DNA from: a virus | Length of the DNA stretch: 64,000 nucleotides | IMG/VR virus record: IMGVR_UViG_3300039008_000175 | Span: 1 to 64,000 of that record | Direction: 5' to 3' (one strand) | Part shown: positions 19,082 through 27,634 of the stretch, one piece after another | How the letters are laid out: each line of letters opens with the position of its first letter | How positions within the stretch are numbered: position 1 is the first letter of the stretch | The notes under the pieces: generated by a model | What the model saw: only the letters and a program-made list of their open reading frames with translations | Databases searched by the model: none | Told to the model about the DNA's origin: nothing | Translations under genes and position numbers: made by a program

Positions 19082-20678
19082 ACGTAAGAAGGATAGGATT
19101 GATAATATTGATCAGGTACCTAAGATATTCTCTAAGATACTTGATCATAACAGTGAGCATGAGGATGGTCTTAATCATCTGCTCGAAGGTCGTGAGCGGG
19201 AGAAGAAGATCATTGATCGACTTGATCTCTACTTCAGAAGTTATTGTACTGGACCTCTTGGTGAGTATGTGACTTATGAGGGATATGAGAAAGAGCCCAT
19301 TGCTCCGAAGCTCAACATTCGTGTTGTGTCAACCAAGGAAACCTTGAGTGAGAAGTTCATCTTCAAGTTCAAGACGAAGTGGTATGATCCGAAGAAGGAT
19401 GAGACTATCTATAAGGACGAAGAGATCGTTCTGGATATTCCTCTTCCTTACAAGAAGCACTTCATGAAGATCAACGGTCATATGTATCTGGCCATCTATC
19501 AGCTCAGTGATATCATCTACAAAACCAAATCATCCTGCGTTATCAAGACGCTACTCACGCCGGTTAAGCTCACTCGTAGTGACAACCCCAAACGTCCCTA
19601 TACATCCTGTGATACAAAGAGAGTTGAGTTTGTCGCTCCCTTTTATACTCTGGATATGTTTCGGAAGTCGACTCCTTTCCTGGCATATTTCTTTGCCAAG
19701 ATGGGAGTTCGTAAGACGTTTGAGTATTTCGGCGTAGAAGGTATGATTGGATTTGTATCTGTAGCCGCTATCCCCAATAACCCCAACATCGTTTCGTTCA
19801 AGATGAACAAGAACGTGGCGGTGTGTGTAAACAAGACAGCTATGAACAATACCCTGTTCAGAAGCTATATTGCAACTCTTCTTAAGATGGGTAAGCGGAA
19901 TATGACCATCTATGATGCGTATGATGATGTGTACTGGAAATGTTATATTGGCGACATGTTTGCCAGAGTACAGACCCAGTCTACCGATCCGGAAATCATA
20001 GCCGCTGAAACAGCAGTCAAGATCAAGAAGTGTGATGATACTTTGAGGAATCTTGAGAAGACTATTGATGATGAGGATACATCCTTTCATCTTGGTTACT
20101 ATGCCGGATCACTCACCGAGACAGAAGATGTGTATGCATGTATGCGTTGGCTCTATATGAACTTCTCGAAGCTCATCCATAATGACAACCTCCATGTGCA
20201 GAACAAGAGACTTCGTCTTAATGAATATATTACTATTCCTCTCTTGAAAAGGATTCAGGATAAGAAGAACTCATTCCTCCGAAATCCCGATCACATGAGA
20301 CTTGGTGATATCTTCAAGGTACCTCAGAACATCATCCTCAAAGAGGGTGTTGAGAACAACGGTGTGTCACGATATGTAGGTCTTGTCAATGACAATATCA
20401 TGTTGAATGTACTCACTGTTACGAAGTCTGGACCTTCTGCTCATGGTGGAAGTAACAACAATGAGCGTATGAGTAATAAACATACGATTCCTTCTGACAA
20501 CCTGTTTGTCAACCCGTCGGAGCTCGGAGTCTTTGATCCGAACTATGCTCCCCCTTCTTCAGTTGGTATAAATAGTATCCTCACTCCCGGTGTAAGAATC
20601 ACCGAGTTCGGAACTATTGAATCAATGATAGGAGATGAGAATCCATCTTCTCCTATTGATAAGATAGAAGACGAATAA
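19074..20678 (+). CDS. multisubunit RNA polymerase beta-like N-terminal half
   Basis: C-terminal block GPSAHGGSNNNERM...VNPSELGVFDPNYAPPSSVGINSILTP parallels the bacterial beta block GPGGL..RERA...VHP.HYGR.CP.ETPEG.N.GL.NSL. The ORF stops soon after it. Confidence 0.7.
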   Translation: MSKRKKDRIDNIDQVPKIFSKILDHNSEHEDGLNHLLEGREREKKIIDRLDLYFRSYCTGPLGEYVTYEGYEKEPIAPKLNIRVVSTKETLSEKFIFKFKTKWYDPKKDETIYKDEEIVLDIPLPYKKHFMKINGHMYLAIYQLSDIIYKTKSSCVIKTLLTPVKLTRSDNPKRPYTSCDTKRVEFVAPFYTLDMFRKSTPFLAYFFAKMGVRKTFEYFGVEGMIGFVSVAAIPNNPNIVSFKMNKNVAVCVNKTAMNNTLFRSYIATLLKMGKRNMTIYDAYDDVYWKCYIGDMFARVQTQSTDPEIIAAETAVKIKKCDDTLRNLEKTIDDEDTSFHLGYYAGSLTETEDVYACMRWLYMNFSKLIHNDNLHVQNKRLRLNEYITIPLLKRIQDKKNSFLRNPDHMRLGDIFKVPQNIILKEGVENNGVSRYVGLVNDNIMLNVLTVTKSGPSAHGGSNNNERMSNKHTIPSDNLFVNPSELGVFDPNYAPPSSVGINSILTPGVRITEFGTIESMIGDENPSSPIDKIEDE

Positions 20679-20682
20679 GAGA

Positions 20683-20715
20683 GGAGAGGCCCAAATGGGC
20701 CTCTCCTTTTTTTTT
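20683..20715 (+). terminator. intrinsic terminator between convergent genes
   Basis: ggagaggccc-aaat-gggcctctcc followed by a T9 run. Confidence 0.85.
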
Positions 20716-20830
20716 ACATTTTTACATACCCTGTTGTCATCACAGTTTGTGTATCGCGGCACCCACTGTAATAAATGAATCTAAATCTAACAAAGGAGTA
20801 TCTAATGATCGGACACGCACCCAACGGAGG

Positions 20831-21634
20831 CTAGCCCTTAAATACTTTAACTCTTTTAGCGTGGTACATTCTATCCCGATTCATCTTCTGAATCATCTCA
20901 TCGTACCTACCAGCTGTTTCGCTGATCTGAGAGATATGATTGGAGTTATACTGACCTACTTCGGTCATCATACCATCCAATCTGGTAAAGATATTCTTAA
21001 CAATAAACCGGCATACTATGATTCCAGCGAAGTCTTTGAATGCTTCGATGTAGTCAGGGCCGATTGTTGAGAAATCCAAAGCATGAGCCAGCTTCAACCG
21101 TAGGTCAATCGTCTCACCTGTCTCATTGATCCAATGAGCAGGATCGAACTTAACCCCGGTGAAGTAAGCTTGACCTTCAGGCCATCCTACCGCAGTGAGC
21201 GGTACAGTTGATTGCCCGAGATTCTTCATTGCTTTTTGAGCCTTATCCATGACTCCGGAGTTCCAAGTAGATTTCCTATTTGGAACGTTCATGAATGTAC
21301 CAGGCTGGTCATATCCGGGATATACCTTTTCAACACCTATGAGGATTTCTCCTTCAGGTAGACCGTGATAATACACGCCTTTCTGACTAGGTATAATACG
21401 GTTGTCTTCCCGGATTGTAATTTTATGGTCAAGATACAGTGGAAACCGACTTGACCATGCCATAAGGGCATCGCGCTGAATGATATGAATAATATCCTGT
21501 TCGCTCATACCCCATGTAACTCCCCCATGCCACCCTATCTCTCCTTTTACGTGATCAACGATAGTTGTGGGGGAAATGAGTCTGGGATCATGGCTCATGT
21601 GACCCATCATCCCCATTACCAGTGAGCCACTCAT
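20831..21634 (-). CDS. hypothetical protein (267 aa), co-transcribed with the prohead protease
   Basis: ATG with GGAGGG upstream, 9 nt after the protease stop. Confidence 0.65.
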   Translation of the reverse strand: MSGSLVMGMMGHMSHDPRLISPTTIVDHVKGEIGWHGGVTWGMSEQDIIHIIQRDALMAWSSRFPLYLDHKITIREDNRIIPSQKGVYYHGLPEGEILIGVEKVYPGYDQPGTFMNVPNRKSTWNSGVMDKAQKAMKNLGQSTVPLTAVGWPEGQAYFTGVKFDPAHWINETGETIDLRLKLAHALDFSTIGPDYIEAFKDFAGIIVCRFIVKNIFTRLDGMMTEVGQYNSNHISQISETAGRYDEMIQKMNRDRMYHAKRVKVFKG

Positions 21635-21643
21635 AATCCCTCC

Positions 21644-22555
21644 TTAAAGGAACTTACATCCAGCTCTCAGTGCATTCTGAGTAGCGTTCCGAAGAACATC
21701 ATCGACTTTCATGAAAGCTCTGGCGTATTCACCATCTTTGAAGATAGCGTTCTCACCATCGAAACCTTCCAGCTCCAGGCCAAGGTACTCAGTAGCGAAG
21801 CGTACGTCGTCAGACCCTTCAAAGAGCATATCGTTGGCGATCTCTATGATGGATTCCATCTCACCCTGTATAACAGCAGCGGGTGTATCGACAGCGATTT
21901 TCTTACCGATCATTGCCATCAGCGCTTCGGTATTACCAAGCCCGTTGGCTGCGTCGGCTGTCTCATTGGAGGGAGACATTACATTATCGGTAGTGATGTA
22001 CCGATAAGGACCCATAGACATCCTGACACCTCTGGCTCTATCCACAACTTTTCTGGATGAGCTAAAGAGTCTGATGCTACAGGCAGGAACTTCTCCATTG
22101 AGTAAGATGTCCCTGGCAACGGTAGGTCCATAAGGACCAGACGTGGAGAACAGTCCGTACGCTGCTTTGTTCCGGAAATCGATCCGGTGAATGGTATGAC
22201 AAGCACGAGACCTGTCGACCGTTCCGATTCTCTCTTTGCCGGAGTTCCGGGGAGGATGATCGTATTCGCCTTTGAGTCTGTTTTTTCTCATTGTATCTGA
22301 TACAATGAGATGACCTACGGTGGCGTCGTAAAACGGTTTCTCCTGAAATACTTTCAGGTTCCTGGATGCTTTACTGACGTCGTCGAAGTCACACATCTTG
22401 GTGCTGTATCTGACGAACGGATCGGCATTGGAAGGTGTTCCTCCCATACCCGGCATCCTTGCTTCTTCCAGCTCAAACTCGATGGTTTCACAGGGTACAC
22501 CCATGTACATTTCCATCTCGAGAGCTTTCGGTTTAATATATGCAGGACCAGTCAT
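21644..22555 (-). CDS. prohead maturation protease, T4 gp21-like
   Basis: ORF track gives 21644..22657. The ATG at 22555 has AAGGAG upstream. Blocks LKGEYDHPPRNSG, SGPYGPTVARDILLNG and VPACSIRLFSS parallel, from memory, the T4 gp21 blocks GELNHPPR / HGPGDKLAANIRAG / IPGVSSRGLGS, which carry the catalytic His and Ser. Confidence 0.75.
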   Translation of the reverse strand: MTGPAYIKPKALEMEMYMGVPCETIEFELEEARMPGMGGTPSNADPFVRYSTKMCDFDDVSKASRNLKVFQEKPFYDATVGHLIVSDTMRKNRLKGEYDHPPRNSGKERIGTVDRSRACHTIHRIDFRNKAAYGLFSTSGPYGPTVARDILLNGEVPACSIRLFSSSRKVVDRARGVRMSMGPYRYITTDNVMSPSNETADAANGLGNTEALMAMIGKKIAVDTPAAVIQGEMESIIEIANDMLFEGSDDVRFATEYLGLELEGFDGENAIFKDGEYARAFMKVDDVLRNATQNALRAGCKFL

Positions 22556-22635
22556 ATTTTTACTCTCCTTATTTAATATTGTTGCAGTAACTTTTACTAT
22601 TGTTAAACGACACCCAGAAAAGCGAGGTTTTGCTA

Positions 22636-24366
22636 ATGGAAGATTGTGATAGATCATTCGCAGAAGAGCTTAACGATATGCTTAAAGAAGGATGTGCCAT
22701 CGATCATTTTGAGATAGCTAAGCTCAATGCTCAGTTAGCTGAACGATTGGCAACTCTGCTTTACTATATTAATGAAAATGATATAGATGGAGCAAGCGGC
22801 GTATTAGTGCAGCTGCAACGACTGGCCTATGAGGGAGTAGAGTATATTTATACTAAAACCTTGTCGACCAAGAAAAACCGTCACTATGATGTGACTAAGA
22901 CAAAGGTGCAGGTTCTTATATTCAGTTTGTATATCGGACTGCTGTACAAAGAGCTTGCTGAGCTTGATCATGAAGAGATTAAGAATCCCGGTCTTCATAT
23001 CGGTATGAAGAGACTTTTCAAGATGCTCAGAGAATACGACGATATTGTATATCCGGGTGATCTCTCTGGCGGCATTGGTCATGGATTTAAGGTTCAGATC
23101 AGATCCACCAGAACAAGGCTCATTGGTGATAGCTTCCATGAGATCATTGATGAACTACTTGATCAGCTTGTAAAGGAAGAAGAGCGCGAAGATGAGTGTG
23201 TCGGTGTTGCTATTATGGAAGACGTAACACCTGAGGATGCTGTAAAGCGCCTTATGCACAACCTGGGAGTTAATGATGGGTATGAGATTCAGGAGAGGGT
23301 TGCTAGATATCGATCGGCGATATATAGTATCTCTGTAATATCTACACTCATCCCTCTCTATACGGATACCAGCGAACCACTTGAGATGATAGTGGGTGAA
23401 GCTGCTGTTCGTCTTGCATATTTCTCCAGTGTACTCCATAAGGGATTCCCTTGGGATGACTACACTAACCGCGAGTCAAATGTAATGAATGAGTTGAATC
23501 ACATTATGTGTAACAATAACAGAACCATGGAGAATGTATTCCTTGCGGATCAGTTCTCCAATGTGACTGATCATTTTAGATTCGTAGAATCCAATAATGC
23601 ACTGGCAGCTCTGCTGTTTTGCTCGTATTACACTCCTGAACTGGAGACTCATGTTAAACCTGATCCCGCCGACTTTCCTTATTTTGATAAGGGAGTCATC
23701 AAAGAGTTTTACAAGCAGTATGGCATGGGTGATACCGCGATTGCTGGCTATAACCCTCATCCGAATATGTATCGGCTGTATAGTAGTATTTACTACTATG
23801 AGGCAGAACGTCGGTTTAAGGAGACTGGTAAGCGTAGCGATTATGATCTTGAAGATGTAAGATCATCCGCCAGAAAAGCAACAACAACTGCCACCAAGGT
23901 TAAGAAACAGGTTGATACAAAGCTTGAAAGAGTTAAGAAACCTATATTCACAAACGTTGATGATATTGTCGATGGTATTGTTACAAACGAAGCCAAGGAT
24001 GATGAAGAGCAGAAAGAGCTCCGTGAAGCCATCCAGAAAGGTCATTACAAGCCCAGCTTCGTACTCAAGAAGATACTCGGTGGTGTTAGTAAGGTCACTA
24101 TGGGTACAATGCTGGCAGGTCCCGTAGGTGGTGCACTTGGTGCATTCCTTGCGTATGTGGACTTCTGGAAGACCATGAAGAGAACAAGAGCAGAGCGGGT
24201 TAAGCTTGAAAACGATCTGGATGATTGTATTGAGATAACCAATAAGAAGATTGAAGAAGCTGAAAGTAAATCAGCTAAAACAAGACTCATTAAAGTAAGA
24301 CAGAAGCTCGAAAGGACCAAGACCAAAGTGTCTACTGGTGCTGAAAAGAGCAAGAAAAAAGACTAG
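22636..24366 (+). CDS. hypothetical protein with C-terminal hydrophobic segment and K/E-rich helix (576 aa)
   Basis: ORF track gives 22600 (TTG). The ATG at 22636 has GAGG about 9 nt upstream. Hydrophobic segment ILGGVSKVTMGTMLAGPVGGALGAFLAYVDFW. First gene of the head block, divergent from the protease operon. Confidence 0.6.
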   Translation: MEDCDRSFAEELNDMLKEGCAIDHFEIAKLNAQLAERLATLLYYINENDIDGASGVLVQLQRLAYEGVEYIYTKTLSTKKNRHYDVTKTKVQVLIFSLYIGLLYKELAELDHEEIKNPGLHIGMKRLFKMLREYDDIVYPGDLSGGIGHGFKVQIRSTRTRLIGDSFHEIIDELLDQLVKEEEREDECVGVAIMEDVTPEDAVKRLMHNLGVNDGYEIQERVARYRSAIYSISVISTLIPLYTDTSEPLEMIVGEAAVRLAYFSSVLHKGFPWDDYTNRESNVMNELNHIMCNNNRTMENVFLADQFSNVTDHFRFVESNNALAALLFCSYYTPELETHVKPDPADFPYFDKGVIKEFYKQYGMGDTAIAGYNPHPNMYRLYSSIYYYEAERRFKETGKRSDYDLEDVRSSARKATTTATKVKKQVDTKLERVKKPIFTNVDDIVDGIVTNEAKDDEEQKELREAIQKGHYKPSFVLKKILGGVSKVTMGTMLAGPVGGALGAFLAYVDFWKTMKRTRAERVKLENDLDDCIEITNKKIEEAESKSAKTRLIKVRQKLERTKTKVSTGAEKSKKKD

Positions 24367-24378
24367 GAGGTGTGAATA

Positions 24379-25449
24379 ATGTATGATGAATTCGACGAAT
24401 TAGAAGATATCGAAATCGGTATAATTGATAATTCAAGTATGGATCTTATTCTCCCCGAAACCGAGGAGGTAGATGATACCGGCAACGAGCCCCCTGAAGA
24501 TGATTCGGATGCTGATAAAGTAGAGCTTGAGAAAAAGCTTTCTACCAAAGAGAGAAAAGAACTCCCGGATAAAGCATTTGGTCTTCCGAGTCAGAGGAAG
24601 TATCCTCTTTACGACAAGGACATGAATCCTGATGCTCAGCATATCCACAGTGCCGAATCCTATTTCAAGAAATGCCCTGATGAGGATAAGACCGAACTGG
24701 CCAATAACATCCTCAAAGCATGTAAGAAGGGCAAAATCAAATATAACAAAAACTCTGATTGGTATAAACATACCAGTGAGTATAAGAAAAAGAAACCAGC
24801 AAAGAAAGATCTTGAGTCTATGAGTCCTTTAGAGCGTCTTCGTTATATGCATACCGATATGGAAGCAGATGATGATGAAGACGGTGAAGAGGATAAAGAC
24901 AAAGACAACAACGGCATGGATGACGACTTAGAGACTCCAGGCACGGAAGATGATACGTCGACAGAAGATGACACCGATGAAAAGGACTCCGATGACGACA
25001 CAGGCGATGATGATTCTTCTTCTGATGATAGCAACGATGATGATACTACTGATGACGATTCATCTTCTGATGAAAGTGATTCTGACTCTGATAGTGGAGA
25101 TGATGATAGCTCTAGTGAAGAAGGCGGTGAAGAAGAAACCGAGCCGGAAGAAGATCCGGAAAATCCCACCCCCTTAAAGAGCAGATCTTTAGCAAGAGTC
25201 AATGCTCTCAATACTCATCTGAAAGAACTCTATGATTCATTGGTTGAGAAAGCGGCAGTAGATACTGACGATAGCAACTATGAAGACATCATGGGATTTA
25301 AAAGTACCATCGAACAGTATATCGATGTTGGGGTGACTCTCTTCTCATCCTGGAAAACTATCTCGGCCAGAGATTTTGCTGACCGCGTAGAAGAACTTAG
25401 GGTCCTTGTAGACGAATTGGTTGCGTCTATTAACGGACTTATCGAGTAA
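24379..25449 (+). CDS. acidic D/S/T-rich protein, scaffold-like by position (356 aa)
   Basis: AGGAGG RBS, immediately upstream of the capsid-candidate gene. About 100 aa of DDTSTEDDTDEKDSDDDTGDDDSSSDDSNDDDTTDDDSSSDESDSDSDSGDDDSSSEE. Confidence 0.55.
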   Translation: MYDEFDELEDIEIGIIDNSSMDLILPETEEVDDTGNEPPEDDSDADKVELEKKLSTKERKELPDKAFGLPSQRKYPLYDKDMNPDAQHIHSAESYFKKCPDEDKTELANNILKACKKGKIKYNKNSDWYKHTSEYKKKKPAKKDLESMSPLERLRYMHTDMEADDDEDGEEDKDKDNNGMDDDLETPGTEDDTSTEDDTDEKDSDDDTGDDDSSSDDSNDDDTTDDDSSSDESDSDSDSGDDDSSSEEGGEEETEPEEDPENPTPLKSRSLARVNALNTHLKELYDSLVEKAAVDTDDSNYEDIMGFKSTIEQYIDVGVTLFSSWKTISARDFADRVEELRVLVDELVASINGLIE

Positions 25450-25475
25450 CCAACCCCAATTTATTTGGGTAATAA

Positions 25476-25499
25476 TAACATTAGTAAAAAAATAAGGAG
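25476..25499 (+). promoter_or_regulatory. class-2 upstream motif TAACAT-tagt-AAAAAAA-TAAGGAG
   Basis: AACA begins 31 nt before the ATG of the capsid candidate. Confidence 0.35.
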
Positions 25500-25507
25500 A
25501 ATATACA

Positions 25508-27529
25508 ATGAATGTGAAACGTACACAGACTGTATCTGTGGGCGGAACCGAAACCGCCTCCGCCATTGTTTCTTCCATTCTTCATTCCGTAGAGGACTTC
25601 GCCAGAGGTGTAAGAGCCGGAAATCTTCAGAAGCCCAGAGCATTTGCCGACGCCGTTCTCGGGGGCAACGATGTAAGTGACCTCGAAGGTTACGCTGACG
25701 CATGTATCGCTCCCTACGAAGACATGGAAGGCATGGCTGCCGAACACGGTGCAGTAGATGCTGCCAGAGGTGTTATCGTTAACACCCTGAAGAGGATGAG
25801 TGGCCTCAGGGACAGAGGTGGAGCTTCTCCCGCTGTCATGGCTGACTATCTGGGTGTAGAGCCCGGAGAGATGGACCTTGAAAGTGCCGGTTACGGCTTC
25901 GGATGGGGTTCTGTTTCCAACATGAGCCACGTCACCGGTCCCGTCATCGCAGCTACCCTTCCCACGTCCTTCGCTTCCCAGATTTACCCCGTTGTAAATA
26001 TGGATCAGCCCAGGACCACCTTCGAAATCACCATCAACACTGTTCACCACGCCAACGGTATGGTTATCCGTGCTGAAGACCTGGGTTACTATGATGGTAA
26101 TCTCGGTGCCTTCGGTGAGAACGAAGAAGTTGCCATTACCAAGGTTTCCTCTCTGAACGGAGAGGAAGTCGTCGAAGTTGAAGCCGCTGCCGCTGCCGCA
26201 GGTGCCAAGTTCACCTACATCAAGGCCAACCAGAAATTCAACCTGGTTACCGCCGCTGGTCAGGCCCTCAACACCATCCCCCGGATGACTGTTGACCCCG
26301 CCACCCTGATGGTTGGTGGAATCGTCTACAAAGACACCGACGACAAGATCACCATGAAGCCCGTTAACATCCGCTCTTCCGTTGATTTCAGCGATTCCAG
26401 AGCCGTTAACCATACCGGTAACGTGGAGATCAAGCTGAAGAACGGTGAGACGATTACCGTTATGGTTACCCTGAACGTATCCGACATCGACCTCGGCGAC
26501 GCTGTCTGTGCTCTGGTTCCCCTGGGAACTTCCCTGAGTTGGGACAGCGGTGCTAAGACCTGTGAACTCCTCGGAGTTGTTCCCAAGTATACCTTCCGGA
26601 ACAACAACAACAAGGATACCATGACCAGAATGAAGCGGTACGAGACCAAGGAAGAACTCCGCATCCGGTCCGCTCCCCTGGTTAACATCCCCTACGACCC
26701 CCAGGTCGATGAGGATTCCAAGGCTATGGGTTACGACCCCGTCGCCAGTATGATCGATCAGGCCAAGAAGCACTTCAGCCAGGCCCTGGAAAGAAGAAGT
26801 ATCGAGTTCATCCAGAAGGTTGTCGCCGCCGGTCCCGGTAGCGGTATCTTCTCCGAAGGTAAAGGTGTCGGTGGGTCCAAGGACTTCGTCTACACTGATG
26901 TTATCGATCTGACTCCTCCCGCCAACTCCCTGGCTACCGGAGACTCCCTGCCCCAGTGGGCACGGAACTACTTCAACGACTCCATGAAGATGGTTCACGC
27001 CAGAGCTCAGGAAACCACCCGCGCACGCGATGTGACCTGGTTCTACGTGACCGACATCGTTACCACGGCCATGCTGCCCGGTGACAGAGCCGAAGTCGTT
27101 TCCGGTCCCCGTCTGAAGGGAGAGAAGGTTTCCGTTGAGAAACAGGGAATCAAGCTGTGGAAGAGCGCCAGTGGTCAGGATGCCTACTACCTGGTAGGTT
27201 CCGACTTCCTGAGCAACAACGTCAACCTGCACGCCCAGGATATCAAGAATACCCTGCGTGGTGATAAGGATGCGGCTGAGTTCCACGACATGAACAACGG
27301 TGTTCTGTTCGGTGTTGCCGTTCCCAACAGCAAGGTTGGAGACGCTGAGAAGACCATGGAATACATTACCTACGCCGTCAACATGGTTGAAGGTGTGGTT
27401 AACCCCATGGACGGTATGAACCAGGCGATCAACATCTACAACAGAGATATGTTCGTCAACTTCAGACCCATCGTTTCCCGTATCCTGGTTAAGGGCATCG
27501 ACGCCAAGACCAGATACAACGCCAAGTAA
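25508..27529 (+). CDS. major capsid protein candidate (673 aa)
   Basis: Strongest C-ending codon bias in the window, TAAGGAG RBS and a strong terminator at 27555-27585. It sits after a scaffold-like gene and before the portal candidate and terminase. The N-terminal 75 aa carries two [D][LM]EG motifs (propeptide-like). No direct homology recognised by eye. Confidence 0.6.
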   Translation: MNVKRTQTVSVGGTETASAIVSSILHSVEDFARGVRAGNLQKPRAFADAVLGGNDVSDLEGYADACIAPYEDMEGMAAEHGAVDAARGVIVNTLKRMSGLRDRGGASPAVMADYLGVEPGEMDLESAGYGFGWGSVSNMSHVTGPVIAATLPTSFASQIYPVVNMDQPRTTFEITINTVHHANGMVIRAEDLGYYDGNLGAFGENEEVAITKVSSLNGEEVVEVEAAAAAAGAKFTYIKANQKFNLVTAAGQALNTIPRMTVDPATLMVGGIVYKDTDDKITMKPVNIRSSVDFSDSRAVNHTGNVEIKLKNGETITVMVTLNVSDIDLGDAVCALVPLGTSLSWDSGAKTCELLGVVPKYTFRNNNNKDTMTRMKRYETKEELRIRSAPLVNIPYDPQVDEDSKAMGYDPVASMIDQAKKHFSQALERRSIEFIQKVVAAGPGSGIFSEGKGVGGSKDFVYTDVIDLTPPANSLATGDSLPQWARNYFNDSMKMVHARAQETTRARDVTWFYVTDIVTTAMLPGDRAEVVSGPRLKGEKVSVEKQGIKLWKSASGQDAYYLVGSDFLSNNVNLHAQDIKNTLRGDKDAAEFHDMNNGVLFGVAVPNSKVGDAEKTMEYITYAVNMVEGVVNPMDGMNQAINIYNRDMFVNFRPIVSRILVKGIDAKTRYNAK

Positions 27530-27554
27530 TCCCTTTTCGGGTTATAAAGCTAAG

Positions 27555-27585
27555 AGGCAGGTCCTTCGGGGCCTGTCTTTTTATT
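27555..27585 (+). terminator. intrinsic terminator after the capsid-candidate gene
   Basis: aggcaggtcc-ttcg-ggggcctgtct stem with a UUCG-type loop, then TTTTT. Confidence 0.8.
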
Positions 27586-27634
27586 GCCGTTTGTCATAAT
27601 AAGACAACACACCAAAAAGCAAGGAGGACACAAT

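Noticed and set aside
20747-21070. 107-aa plus-strand ORF overlapping the 3' end of the minus-strand gene 20831-21634
   Set aside because: It starts inside the terminator-proximal spacer without an RBS and overlaps a better-supported gene.
25476-25499. Direct equivalence of the class-2 motif with the AR9 late promoter consensus AACA-N6-TW
   Set aside because: Only the AACA core matches. The position 6 nt downstream is A-rich rather than T-W in the copies examined, so I report it only as a loose analogy.
25481-27286. 601-aa minus-strand ORF antisense to the capsid-candidate gene
   Set aside because: It has G/V/L/S-rich composition typical of the reverse complement of a GC3-rich gene, no RBS, and it breaks the co-directional head operon. 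The sense frame has an RBS, a terminator and normal composition.
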